Of a stretch of DNA of 64,000 nt, positions 1 through 13,500 are shown piece by piece. A model generated the notes under the pieces. The model saw nothing but the letters and a program-made list of their open reading frames with translations, ran no database searches and had not been told where the DNA came from. Origin of the DNA: Ophelia neglecta. Its lineage: Eukaryota. The stretch spans positions 10,850,001 to 10,914,000 of the forward strand of contig OZ260667.1 of the NCBI GenBank assembly GCA_965285935.1, in the 5' to 3' direction. The translations under genes were made by a program, and so were the position numbers. Numbering within the stretch: position 1 is the first letter of the stretch; every line of letters begins with the position of its first letter.

Positions 1-611
1 TATTTACATGGGGATAAAAGTAGGAAGTAAGCGGTTATTGAACTCTATTTTATAAAAATCTTCTAGGAGGATGGGTCAGATGTGTTTTTCTGTTTAAAGA
101 GTGTTTACTCAGTAAAGGAAGAAGAACAAAAACAATGGTACAAAGGAGAAAACCCTGCAATCCAGCATAATCCAGCATCAGGAATCATTCCGCACACCGT
201 ACCAATTTTCTCTTTTTAATTTCCTATCCATGCCCATAAGGACATGGCAATTTCATTTCGAATTTCAAAAAATTAACACAAGTGCGATGTTTGGACACAT
301 TTCATCTGTATTTGCTGTAATTTTCATGACAATTGCACCGCCACTCCTGGGGCCAACAATGACGTGGGGGTTTTCACAAAGGGCTATTAGTAACTCTTAC
401 GAATAGCAACATGACGATCTGCAAGAATTAATGTCTTGCTCTGGGCCTATAAGAATTATCATTGGGTGTGTCCGCCACCGCGCCACATAACACCGTACTA
501 GTCTGCTATTAGACTTAGTATTAGCAGGTAAAAATCTCCAATTAACTTACTCTCCGAAGGCATATCGTCAAACCCGGACGCTATAAGTTCGTGTTTCTTG
601 CTCTAAACGTT

Positions 612-789
612 CAGTGAAACCTGCCTTAAAGACCACCTCTATAATCAGACCCCCTGCCAATTCAGACCACTAATATGAGGTCCACGCTGTATGCTTTTAA
701 TGTTAAATAACCTGTCTAAACAGACCACCTCCGAAATCAGACCAGTATTTTCCAGTCCTTTTGCTGATCTTGATTCACAGGTTTCACAG
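612..789. mobile_element. Tc1/mariner-superfamily MITE, family 1
   Basis: Termini CAGTGAAACCTG / CAGGTTTCACAG followed by TA; internal AGACCAC repeats. Copies at 8487, 32636, 53117 and a fragment at ~57900. Confidence 0.75.
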
Positions 790-1989
790 TATATTAAGGG
801 CCCACATATGTTCGTGTTGGTAAAGGTGCCTGCCTATTGTGTATAGGCAAAAGGCGCCGTGCCATTTTTCATTGCTTTTTGAGACGTGGCAGTGTCGCAT
901 GTTTATATATAGGCCTATTATGTGTGCTTCGTAAAACCTATCAGTCGATTGTCTCGTGAAAAGGCAATTCATTATTTAAATCCAATTGCCCCCCTCCTCC
1001 TCCCATGAGAAGTAGGGAGATGTGCGACCTGCTTCCCAAACACCCACTCTAGAGGGTGGGTGGGGCATATTGCGTCTCGTCGACACGCCATTCGGGGCAA
1101 AAATAAGAAATATAGGTTTACCCCTTCCCCCCGTCCCCACCCACCTATTTACCCCGCCCCCCGTGATTAACCTGAATAATATCAAGTTTGCCGCTTTTTG
1201 AATTTCCACCCGGTCAATCTGCTTTCTTACTGCTCGGAGTCCCTCTCCTTATGTGAAACTCCCGTGACACAAGTGACTGTCCGGACACATGTCGCCTCAA
1301 GCTGGTGACGACCACTGATGTCCAGTGCCTTCAGATAATAGCTATTAGTGTACATTGATAATGCTAGAAAACTGCCGATCTGTTTTTGACAGGATTCTGC
1401 CAGGTGTGAACTGATGATTACAACTCATGACGCTGGAACCTTTGTCACCCGGACATTGGAGTCTGGTTATATACTTGTCCATAGGACAAACACACCTACA
1501 GAATGAAATGTCTCCACGGAAATATTGTCCCCCTCTAGTGCAGATTCATTACTTATAGTCTGTGTTATTAAGTCCCACAGACAATACAAACTGACACTAA
1601 CCTTGACATTTATATAAATTGGCAATGTTGTCCCAGTAACCAATCTCCCTAAATCTCGTGTCTAGGCCTACTACCAGTAAAAGATAAATGTATCAACGTT
1701 CAGTTTTGTGTAGTAATCATAGTCCTGGGGACTATATGTAAACAGCAGTAATGCCGGTGTAACAGGATTAATTGACCCAGTACGCATAGTCCCCCGGACT
1801 GTGCAGATTAGCCATAGAAGTCCTCGGTGACACTCAATACTAGTAGATAAAGCCCAAGGGGACATTTGTTAGCAGGACGAAATACCTTCTTGATATAAAT
1901 GTGAGAATAGTAGTTTGGCGACTGCGTATATCATGTGATGGAGACACTAAAAGTGACCAGGTCTCTTGCTTACCGATAAAGTAGGAGTA

Positions 1990-2167
1990 CAGTGAAATCT
2001 GGTCTAAAGGGCACCTGGAAATTAGGGGCACCTGATAATTAGGGACAGCTACATTAGGACCCAACATATCGTTTTATATGTAAAATAACCTGGAAATTAG
2101 GGGCACCTTAGAAAACAGGGCACTTTAACCCAGTCCCTTGCCTGTCCCTAATTTCCAGGTTTCACTG
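1990..2167. mobile_element. Tc1/mariner MITE family 2
   Basis: TA|CAGTGAAATCTGG...CCAGGTTTCACTG|TA; internal AGGGGCAC/AGGGACA repeats. Confidence 0.8.
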
Positions 2168-3780
2168 TACTTCAATCGAAAAGTAGCCTGGATTAATAAG
2201 AACTAACCTCCAAAGTGTTCTACTAAAACGAGGCTATTTTCTTCGCGCCTTAAATCGTGCGCAAAATTAGCTCACCTGACCGTCAGAGGCCTACTTTAGT
2301 ATAGTTGTTCACTGAAACCGTTTTTAATAAGACACCACGGATGGGGTCATGGCGGGGAAAATCAATGAAGTATGCTAATTTCTCGCTGTAAGCTTCTTCC
2401 GCGCTCAGTAAGAATGCATGCGGTAAACCCATCATTGAATACTGCGCAGTAGGGAGCCAAACGACAGCATGCGGCCACTTTGTGACGATCTGTATACGCG
2501 TGTCCGCTGTCGGCTGCAGATAGCAAGCATGCAATCTAGTTATTGTAATAGTTGATGTTTTGTTCGCTTGGCAACAACAGGATGATAATTTGTGTCCACT
2601 TTCTGCTGAAATGTTTTGCATTTTGACAATATTTATTATAAATTCTTCCTGTGAGACAGTCATCTAATTTGCTCTCATTATTTTCATTTCCTATAACGAC
2701 CAATTAATTTGTCATTCGTGAATTCTTGTGAAATAGAAAAATTATAAATGACTGTTAGTTGGGTAAAGTCGAGTGTTTTCCTCATATATTAGTTCAGCGT
2801 CAATAGTCGCCTTATTTCGCTCACCTTGTGCTTGTTTGTGGCTGAAGACCAGGATGGAGGGGAGGCAGGAAAGGTAGTGATGGGGCATTTTCCACGCATG
2901 TTGTACCTTAAATGATGCTAGGCCTAATTACTGTAAAAATTTAAGCGAAAGCTAAACTGCTCGCTTTCACACCGCTCCCGGAATAAGCCTGCTTCCTGCC
3001 CGGAATAGACCTATTGTTGCGCCTGCGCGGAATAAGCCCACTTCCTGTGCGGAATAAGCCTACTTTCTTAGCGGAACAATCCTTCTTCCGGCGCGGAATA
3101 AATCTATTTCCGGCTCGGGATCAAGATCAACTGCGTAATAGGCTGAGTTTAGTTAATAGAGTTACAACTCACCATCCGCCCTGAGATGTGCAGGAGACTT
3201 CTCCTGGAATGTCCGGTTTGGTAAAGGGATGTTTGGTAAATGTCTTGACAATCCGGAGGAGGCGTCTCCCATTAATCGGCTGCTATCACAGACATCTCCC
3301 AGTAGGCTTACACACACCGGAGATCCGCAGACGACATTCAACGTATTGCAAAGAAATCATGGCAAACGAATTTAAACATAACATCTTCAGGATTCCAGTC
3401 TTCTGAGACGGCGGCTAGCTGACCGTACACGCCACACCTGACAGCCGAGGACGAACAACCTGTTAAATCTAGCTGTTTAATAATCTCAATAAGAGTTATA
3501 GGCAGATACACCGACTGTGCTGGCGAAGATGCTTAGACGGATTTTACTCTGCCCGCACGACGAGGATGAACCGTCTCCCGAAGATGTGCTTAATTAATAC
3601 GCTAGTTATCGCATTCTTAGTGAGAGAGTTGCCATGGAAACAATAATCTCACCCGCGGCTGTGTGCGCTGCGGACAAGATGAAGCTGTGTAATGGAATTG
3701 TCCTCGAAGACAATAGAAGGACGCCTCAAAAGACGTGTTCTCGTCCTCGGCGTTTTGATCCCGAGGGAACGCGAGGGCAG

Positions 3781-4550
3781 CGGGAGGGGGGGGGGCTGTC
3801 AAGAGGTAGACAGGGGGGGGGGGGAGGGGCTGTCAAGAGGGAGACAGGGGCGAGAGAGGGGCTGTCAAGAGGTAGACAGGGGGGGAGGGGCTGTCAAGAG
3901 GTAGACGGGGGGGGGGGGGGCTGTCAAGAGGTAGACCGGGGGGGGGGGGCTGTCAAGAGGGAGACAGGGGGGGGGGGGAGGGGCTGTCAAGAGGGAGACA
4001 GGGGCGAGAGAGGGGCTGTCAAGAGGGAGACAGGGGCGAGAGAAAGAGGGGGGGGGGGGCTGTCAAGAAGTAGGCAGGGAGAGGGGGGCTGTCAAGAGGT
4101 AAACAGGGGGGGAGGGGCTGTCAAGAGGGAGACAGGGGCGAGAGAGGGGCTGTCAAGAGGGAGACAGGGGCGAGAGAGAGAGAGGGGGGGGGGGGCTGTC
4201 AAGAAGTAGGCAGGGAGAGGGGGGCTGTCAAGAGGTAGACGGGGGGGGGGAGGGGGCTATCGAGAGGTAGACGGTGAGGGGGAGTTGACTTCAATGGGTA
4301 GACAGGGGTTNNNNNNNNNNNNNNNNNNNNNNNNNNNNNNNNNNNNNNNNNNNNNNNNNNNNNNNNNNNNNNNNNNNNNNNNNNNNNNNNNNNNNNNNNN
4401 NNNNNNNNNNTCAAGGGGTAGACAGGGGTAAAGGGGAAGTCAAGAGGTAGACGGGGGGAGGGGCTGTCAAGAGGTAGATGGAGATGGGGCTATCGAGAGG
4501 TAGACGGTAGGGGGTTGGCTGTCAAGGGGTAGACAAGGGGGGGGGGGCTG
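3781..4550. repeat. G-rich minisatellite (~27-30 bp, GGGCTGTCAAGAGGTAGACAGGGG), spans N gap 4311-4410
   Basis: More than 20 directly visible tandem units with variable G runs. Confidence 0.95.
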
Positions 4551-5196
4551 GACAATTATCCAATTTTGTTGGGGCGGAGTTGGGGAGGGTTGGTTGCTTG
4601 GTTGCGATGAGGTAATTTGATTGGTAAAAAAAGCCCAAAGTGATGATGGACTCTGATTAATTTTGAGGGGAAGTAGCCATGCACGTGGAGAGGACGAAAC
4701 TAGATCGTGGTATAAATGTGTCGTCCTCCAAATGGGTTCAGAGCCAAAGACCCCCCCCCCCCCCCACCACCACCATGGACACACTATATATATGTCAGTT
4801 TACCATAGAACTACCATATCATAATCTATTCACGCAATCACCATATAGTAATTATAACAATATGATGTCATATTATTATTTTTGTAATTTAGTTTTCATG
4901 CCTTTGATTCATAAATCTAAGTACGAAGCCGAGGAACCCACCCAAATATCACATGCTACTGCGTTTATTTAGTTCATATTCACTAGCCATGACGAGATAT
5001 ACATCCACTAGGATAGACCAAACAGGCATGTCACATGCAAATCTGAGCATTGTAACCGAAATGTCGTTGTAAATTGCTATAAATATTAGTTCATCACATT
5101 CATGTGATAGACACGATAGTATTTTGTCAAATAGCCAGTGTATGGTTTTGTTTCCAACATCGTTTATTTACCAGAATTTTTCAGTTATTTACACTA

Positions 5197-5489
5197 TATG
5201 CGGTGATCGGGCTTTTTCAGTCGCTGCTCCACGGCTCTGGAATAGCCTGCCTCGTAACATCAGAGTTATTGACAGTATTTTCAAATTTAAAAAAGCCATG
5301 AAAACGTATCTGTTTAAAGCAGCCTTTCAACACTAATTTTCCTTCTGATTTATTTGTTGATTTGTAAATAGGTGTTTCTTGTAACCGTTTTTATCTAATG
5401 CTTTGTTTTAACTCATTGTAAAGTGCTATAGAGCAGTGTAAATTGAATGTAGTGCTATATAAATAAAACTTATTATTATTTATTATTAT
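5197..5489 (+). mobile_element. 3' end of an L2/CR1-group LINE (5'-truncated)
   Basis: Encodes GDRAFSVAAPRLWNSLPRNIR...FKKAMKTYLFKAAF*, the typical C-terminus of L2-clade ORF2, followed by a 3' UTR, AATAAA and an (ATT)n tail. Confidence 0.85.
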
Positions 5490-5830
5490 GCAGGTACAAG
5501 CCACCCTCCTGCGCGACAGGAGTCCATATTCTGTACATATCATAAGATCATTTGGGCCCCGAGCCGCTGTGAAGTACCCGGTCTCAGAACCCTCTGGTAA
5601 TAGGACCTCGGAGGTATAACAGTATTTTTGAACCGCTGGACGTATAAGAACCAGGATGTCGAGACCGGATCTCGATACCAGAATATCTATACCGACGTCG
5701 ACGGACTTATAATACTAGTATATAAACACCAGACGCTTAGTACATAAAGTCCGGGGAGTCCGGGGACTCCTAAACCTGTTACACCGGTATTATAATAACA
5801 ACATAACAGCTCTTTACCGTTTATATGCGG

Positions 5831-6162
5831 AACCACCAAAGCGTGGCTGAGATTTTACGGTGTCTGCCTCGCAAGTGGGAGATCGTGGTTCGAAGCTCGA
5901 TCGCGTCAAACCTAAGAAGTAAAAATAGGTACTGATAGCTCCCCTGCCAGGCGCCTGGCATTTCGGGAGTAGTATCAAGACTGGTCAACCCGGTGTCAGT
6001 ATAATGTGACTGGGTGGGGTTCCCTGTCTGATGTCTATGACAGGTACTCCAGTGAGGCATCACTCTAAAGAGGGCATTGAGCCCACTGACACAAGTAGCA
6101 CTGTGGCGATATGACCGATAAGTGTTGAAAGCCACGTAAAACCCCAAACAACAACAACAACA
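5831..6162 (+). mobile_element. Full-length tRNA-derived SINE (central domain resembles Meta/MESC SINEs)
   Basis: A-box-like TGGCTGAG, B box GGTTCGAAGC, core aaaaataggtactgatagctcccctgccaggcgcctggcattt, (CAA)n tail; ~15-bp TSD ACCGTTTATATGCGG (5816-5830) / ACCGTATATATGCGG (6163-6177). Other copies at 40049 and 62982. Confidence 0.85.
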
Positions 6163-7332
6163 ACCGTATATATGCGGTGAGTAGTATCCACCTAATTAGC
6201 AAACCGAAAAACAGCTTATCAAGGCGTCGTTGATTTTTAATTATTAGTAAGTTTTACACGAGATTATCACAGGTCGCCGCACAAGCGCGCACACGCGCGC
6301 AAACCGCGCACGCACATGCGCGCGCGCACACACACACGCACCTACTCAACTAAAATACGAGTCCCCTCTTATTGAGACCCAGCGTTTGACCCCAGTGACC
6401 TGAAGATAGAGCCAATCACCACACGACTCAGCCGCTTTCATTGACATATTGATTGATATTCATGTAATTATAATCTGGGCTGTAAGGAAATTTGTATTTA
6501 GCTCAAGTTGGCTATTATATGGAACCAGCAACTATAATATAATCAAGACATAAAAAAGAACAAATAATTAATCCCCAAAACTGACATTATCGCTTTATTT
6601 TGTATTGACATACTGGTCATTGGCGAATGCAGACGTTTGAATACCGGTGTCCTTTACCATGAAGAGTGTGTGTTGGTCTCCCCCCACCCCCCAACCCTGC
6701 CCCGAGAGTGGTCTACGTTAACGCCTTTAATCCTTTGCTGGGAGGGGACACCCATACTACCCACGTTCCCCTCTCTTCTGAAAAGTAGCTGGGGGTTTCT
6801 CTTTCACACACCCTCCGCGGGAAGGAAGAACCGATCACCCTCCCTCCAAATAAAGGCTGGTCTCTCCCCCCCCCCCTCTCTCTCTCTCTCTCGTAGATGA
6901 AGGAGGAGGAGACGCCCCCTTCCCCATTCCCAAATAAAAATCGACGCCTTCCCCTTTCCCAATGCAGGGCCAGGAGCCTGTGCTAAACCTCCAACACCCC
7001 CACTGGGGGGAGCCACCCTCCCCTTCTCCCAGGTAAAAGTTGACCCCTTCCATCTCTCATACTGCAGCCTGGGTTCCAAACCCCCTTTGAAGGACACACG
7101 CCCATTGCCCCCATGTTTCTGTAAACCTAGATCGGCCCTTTCATTGAAATATATCAAGTTACTTTTATATAAGTGTTCGATTCCTTCAGTATTATAAACA
7201 CTAATTTCAATATGAAAATTAGCTGGCATAGTATTGAAGTTTTTTTAGGTATTGACTCAGTATAGTTTTATGTTCGTCACGGGGACACAAGCCATTCATG
7301 GTCACAAGACATCCTCCCTGCGAACGCATCCT

Positions 7333-7346
7333 GCCAATGTATATAA
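7333..7346 (+). promoter_or_regulatory. Candidate CCAAT/TATA element for gene A
   Basis: gCCAATgTATATAA ~245 bp upstream of the ATG; motif match only. Confidence 0.3.
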
Positions 7347-7587
7347 CCGGGTGGCGGTGTTAGCGTCAAACGGCTATATGCCGAGAGACCTACAACATCG
7401 AGGCGCTGCACCATGATCACAGATCGTACTACACGTACTTCTACAAACGGGTCGACAGGATCGGCTGTGTTCACCATTAGTGTGTACTTCACTGTATAGT
7501 AGCAATTTGCTTGTAAGTCAAAGGTATTCAGACAATTTTTAGGCTCAAACCTGAACGGATACGACTTAACGTAGGTCTGATTCTACC

Positions 7588-10500
7588 ATGTTCCACTGGG
7601 CGATATTACTGACACTGGCACTAGGTGTCACTAGCGCATTTGAACAGGAAGTGCGGCCCCACTGCGGCCAAGACGAGACTGTCTGTGAATTTGAATGGGA
7701 GGTGACCAAACGAGAGACCATGATACAATACGACACCGTGACCGGTAGAACGCGACCCGTTTACCGGGACCTCTCGACAGGAAATGACGTGTTTGTCGCC
7801 AGGGATGCTGGAGATGGCTGCAATCAGACCTCCCCTCTCAGTGACGAAGGTCTGTTCCCTTACATACTACTGTCAGTAAACAACGAGACCTCCCCTCTCA
7901 GACAGCCAGGGTATATCCTTTCGGTTGTCTTTAATTTATATTAATATCCCAAAAGGTTTTATATTATTTTATTTTATCTTTTAGCTCAAATCCATTGTAA
8001 TGAGCTAGTGATATATAGGATACGAAGAAAACACGCCCCCTGCCCTACGCCCCTCCAAACATAAATATTATATTGCAATTTTGGGAAAATATAAGCCCTC
8101 GAAAGTTGCACATATTGGATGAATGGGTCTGTTTTAAACCTTTGGGGGGCGCACAGCCGTTCAGGTTAGGGGTAACTGTCTCCCTGGGATGGCTAAACAC
8201 ATTGATGGCGCCATCTGTGTATTCTATTACTGAATACACAGATATATTATAGTTATTTCTTACAGCTTACGAATTTTATGTGTTTGTTTCTTTATATATA
8301 GTTCGATACTCCCGTTTCAGTTTTTGTAGGACAGGTTCTGATATAGCCCTACCAATAATATTCTGCAGAAGACAGCATTTCCCGAAACATCGCAAAATGT
8401 GCAAATGTGCGCGAAAACCGTTTTTTTTTTTGTGACAGGTGTAATGGAAGCGACACCTCTATGTTCTCAATAGCTTCATGTATATACAGTAGAACCTGCC
8501 TTAAAGACTACCTCTATAATCAGACCACTGTTATGAAGATAATGCTGTACGCTTTCAATCATAAGTAACCTGTCTAAACAGACCACCTCTGAAATCAGAC
8601 CAGTATTTTCCAGTTCCTTTGGTAGTTTTAATTCACAGGTTTCACTTTACGGTCTTATCATAATACAAAACTTCTCGTGTTTTACTTATAACATTACACT
8701 CACGCTTTGCGTCGTTCCCACGGTAGCGTTCTTCTACAGTATCTCCTGGTCAAGTAAAATTTACTTGTTTGTATATTGTTTGATTAAGAGCTCTTGCTGG
8801 GCTCACTTTTTTAACACCAAAATTAACACTTGTATTCATCATGTAATGTTCATTAATGTTTTATTGTGCTAAATAAAAATGTCTGAAACTGAATCATTTA
8901 TTTAAATTTCTATTCATAGAGTTAGAGAAGATTGCCACGGCTGACGGACGGTATAAGACCACGTACTTCATCAACGGCCAGTTCCCGGGGCCCAACCTGG
9001 TCGTCTTTGAGGGGCAACAGGTAAGAAGCTTCTTCTCGTCATCATATAAATCGAAACTTAAGCTGGAGTATGGCAAGTAAGGGATTGGCGGAGAGAGTGA
9101 GAGTGAGAGGGGCGGTGCTGGAGAGGAGTGTGGGATTGGGAGGGGGGGGGGTGTAGGGGGCCGGTTTACCCAAATATATTTTGAGCTGGTGCCCAACAGC
9201 ATTGCACATCGTACTTCGGGGGGTGGGGGGGGGGGGTGTCGGGGGTTCGGAAAGCTTTACCAAGTAAATGGGGGGGGGGGGGACAAAGCTGCACACAATT
9301 AGATTTTGGAGGGGCCCACAGCTGTTCACAGTTTAATAGGTGGGACACTCAGCTTAGACAACGTAACTGTGTCATTGTCCATCGCGCAGTCAAACTAGAT
9401 TTCATCCCGATGGATAGAAAAGGTAACACAGCAGAGAGAAAATCTACCTATAAAATATCATCAGACAGTCCTCGATATTCGGCCAGTGTTTTGACGTACG
9501 GTTTATCTATTTACTTGGTGGTTATATTTACATATTATTGACACATACATTGTCACAGGACAGTCTTTACAGTATTTTTTTGAAAATTAATCGGCGCAGT
9601 CACATGATACCGTAATAGGAATAGTTGTCTGCCAAGACCTACAACCAGGGTAACTCGGCGGATTAAGCGCATAGTCTAATTCCGCGCAGTAAGTAGCCTT
9701 ATTCCGCGAAGTAAGTAGCCTTATTCCGCGCAGTAAGAAGCCTTATTCCGCGCACTACGTAGCCTTATTCCGCGCAGTAAGTAGCCTTATTCCGCGCACT
9801 AAGTAGCCTTATTCCGCGCAGTAAGTAGCCTTATTCCGCGCAGTAAGTAGCCTTATTCCGCGAAGTAGGAAGCCTTATTCCGCGCAGTAAGTAGCCTTAT
9901 TTCGCGCACTAAGTAGCCTTATTCCGCACAGTAAGTAGCCTTATTCCGCGCAGTAAGTAGCCTTATTCCGCGAAGTAGGAAGCCTAATTCCGCGCAGTAA
10001 GTAGCCTTATGCCGCGCACGACCTGCATGCATTACACTGTACACGGGAAAAGCCTACGGTACTACTGGCGCAGAATTAACAGGCTTTCTGCGGGGAGTTT
10101 AACTATGCGCCAAATTACCCGGCTTTCTCCTCCTCAATGCCCGATACTTTCAATATAGTGTCTGTTTGTTTGATAACTGGGTTGTTGGCCGGCCACATCA
10201 ACTCGTGATGGCATTCACGGATGTGTATAAATAACGAATGTCCTCAACTCCAGTACAGTAATGTAAATAGGGCCCTGTACCACCGGTCATGTGCTGATGT
10301 ATATTAATAGTTAGCTCATAATACGTCTATGATTATCAAATTTCTTATTACGCAAGCATCACCGTGAGATTTGGAAGTCTGGGGGGCGGGGGGGGGGGGG
10401 ATGATGGGTGGGTGAGTAGGGGTAGTAGGCTTACTTACGGATCCTTTTTGGAGTTGGGGAGGAGGGGGGGGGGTAGTAGGGCTAAGCTATATATTATTTT

Positions 10501-13500
10501 TGGAGGTGGGGGTGGGGGGGGGAGAAGGGCCTATGTGTAATAAACTTTTTTGGAGGGGGTGGGAGTGGTTGGTGGTAGTAGGACTTAGCTATATAGACAC
10601 TTTTCGGAGGTGGCGAGGTGGTTATTCTTGGGCCTAGCTATAGACCTATTTTGGAGGTGAGGAGAGGGGGTGGGGCAGTAGGGCTTAGCTTTATATAATT
10701 TTTGGAGGTGAGGGGGGGGGGGGGGGAGTAGAAAGAGAGAGGTGGGAGATGGTGGTGGTGGTGGGGGGGGGGGGCTACTGCTAGATTCCTATTATTTTCC
10801 TTCCACGTGTATAATTTACTACAATTTCACCTAATTGTTTATTGCACTCGCCAATATCTGTGAAAAGCCGCCACAGTTTACAGGATGTATCAAGTTCTTT
10901 ACTATATAGGCCTCATCAGCGTTAATAATATACATTAGTGTACAAGGTCACTGATTGCCTCATGGTGACCTTGTATAGCTGGTAGTCTTTCATTTATTCT
11001 TGCTGATTTCCCGCTAGGTGGCGGTACGGTTGACCAATGGCCTACTGGAGGAGGGTGTGAGTATTCACTGGCACGGAATGCACCAGGTACGGACGCCGTG
11101 GATGGACGGGGTGGCGGGCATCACCCAGTGTCCCATCAACCCCAGTGAAACCTTCACATACAGGTACTATACTACTAGTACAGCTACTTACAAATACTAT
11201 ACTACTAGTACAAGCAGATACAGTAACTATACTGCTAGTACATCTACTTACAAATACTATAATACTTATATGTACTACAGACTCGTTGAAAAGACTCATC
11301 GCACTGTAAGTACAACGGAATACCAACGTATGATATATAATTCAAATATATACACATAGACATGAGTATTTAAAAGTAATACATGCCTATAGATATTGAA
11401 TCAGCAGGTATTAGATTTTAACCCCTAACTTTCTATAAGTAGACATGTAGAGCTACTGATGGAGACACAAATTAATACTTCTATTGATCACTTAAATAAT
11501 AAATCACCTTAACTTAGCAGCTATTTCAAACTATTATTCATAGCATTTTCATATTATTTCCAGGTTTCTTGCCAAACCAGCCGGTACTTTTTGGTATCAT
11601 TCTCACCTCGGCGTACAGAGAACAGACGGGTTATTTGGGGCTATGGTCGTCTTGCCGCTGCCTGGGGGTGCTGGCCAAAGTCGGCTCGCTCCCCAGGCAT
11701 ACCACTGTCCCACTCGCAGCACGACCCAGACCACCGAGACCCTGTCTTCCTCCCGCCTCTCCACCAGGACCGCCACGCCCACCTCCCAAAGCACCTCCAC
11801 TACGCCAGCAACCGCCTCCTCCAACACACCTTCTACTCCCTCCTCCTCTACCGCTCAGACACCCTCCACTGACTCATCACCTTCAACCACAGATAGACCC
11901 TCTACTGGTAGTGCTAGTACGACTGGGCCCTCCTCTACAGGCCCTACCCATACTGGGTCGTCTCCTACCGCAGCGACCTCTACGGGGTCCTCCTCGTCTG
12001 ACATCACCAGTGGAGGCGCTCTTACGTCCTCCAGGACCACCCCTAGCACAGAGGAGCCCCTTTCTACAGGCCAAACCTCCCCTCGGCCCACAGCGCCGCC
12101 TGCCTTCGACAAGGAGTATCTGTTTGTGGTGCAGGACTGGTACGGCAGAGAGTCCTCGAAGGTCAATGACATGAACTACCGTCAACTCCTCAGGTAACGG
12201 ACACAGCCAACAAAAGGACAAGTTATATATAATACATAGCATACTATACTTCAATATATAACCTACTCACAATGGGATTCGCTCCGCAAGGTTACCACTG
12301 AAATTGTCAAGTATTTTGGGCTGATAGCAGGTTAAACTGTAGATAACCAGTTGTTTTCAGGTACTGGGCGGGCTATGATGACCTCGACTCCTGTTATAAC
12401 GCCACACTGGGTTTAGATCAGACCCTGGTAGGACCCGTACCCTTCGAGACCGCTCTCATCAACGGCAAGGGAACCACTCGCTCGCCGGAAGATCGTGAGT
12501 TATTGTCTTCTTACAAACGACGCAATTCAATTCCGCGCATAGGTAGGCTTATTTTGCGAATAAGCTATTTGCTGCGCAGACAAAACAACCGTTTTTCCAT
12601 TTAGCGAAGAATATGTCAATGTTTTCTGCGCAAAATTATACAATGCGCAAAATTACCCGACGTTACATTACTGTTTTGGTAATTTGTATATTGCTGGTAT
12701 TAGGCGACGCGCTGTTTACAAGCAGAGCATGTCAAGGTGTAAAGGACAGGGCCCGGTTTTTGTAAGCGGTCTTATGGCTTAAGTAGGGTTCCAATCAGGA
12801 TTAAAGTGCTTAATCGGTTGTAACTTGCAAAGAACGTTTCCTTGGAGCTTGATTTGGTCTTAAACCTAGCTATTTTGGTCTTAAATATGAATCCTTGTCA
12901 ATGGAAACACCCTTCAATGTGGTCTCAGATGATCAGTTGTATGCTATTCTAATCCATCAACTTTAGACTGCTCCCAGAAACCGGGCCCAGGATATCTTAG
13001 GCTGCATTCAATGTTATATTTGGGTGATTACTGCAGGAAAGTCAGACAGTGATTTCATATGATAAAAATGCCTTAATATGTTATTCTCACACAGAACACT
13101 ACCTCTTCTCCAGAGAAGTTTCTCCATTAGTACCAAGGACATGATGAGGGTGGTGGGGGATATGGGTGTGTGGGGGTAAGGGGGTGGGGGAGGAGTCCGT
13201 ATGATACTCGCCGAAACGCTGAAATACAGTTGATATATACAGTAAAACTGACAATAAAGGGACAGCCAAGGGACTGGGAAATATGTCCTCTCTTTTTAGT
13301 TGTCCTTATTTCACAGGTTACTTTATATGTAAAGTATTACAACTGTACTTAAAACAATGTCCTTAATAGTCAGTGTGTCCCTAATTGAGAGGTGTCCTTT
13401 AGGCCAAGTTTTACTGTAGAGAAATCGAAATATAGATAGTGTAACCCGTCGGGTATACATGGCGGAACAAGGCTACTTACTGGGCAGCATTACACGTGTA

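Noticed and set aside
3170-3780. Coding-like stretch upstream of the G-rich satellite
   Set aside because: Only short ORFs, with no recognisable motif or consistent splice structure.
3634-4209. 191-aa Gly/Arg-rich ORF
   Set aside because: Translation of the G-rich minisatellite; open in several frames.
5821-6147. Similar ORFs at 5821-6147(-) and 40050-40328(+) suggesting a small gene family
   Set aside because: Both are antisense translations of the same SINE.
9678-10020. CRISPR-like appearance of short regular repeats (also 13870, 23778, 38882, 60990)
   Set aside because: Head-to-tail units with no unique spacers, no cas genes, and a eukaryotic intronic context.
11569-12254. 201-aa Pro-rich + ORF and several antisense ORFs
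   Set aside because: Alternative frames of the low-complexity exon 4 of gene A.
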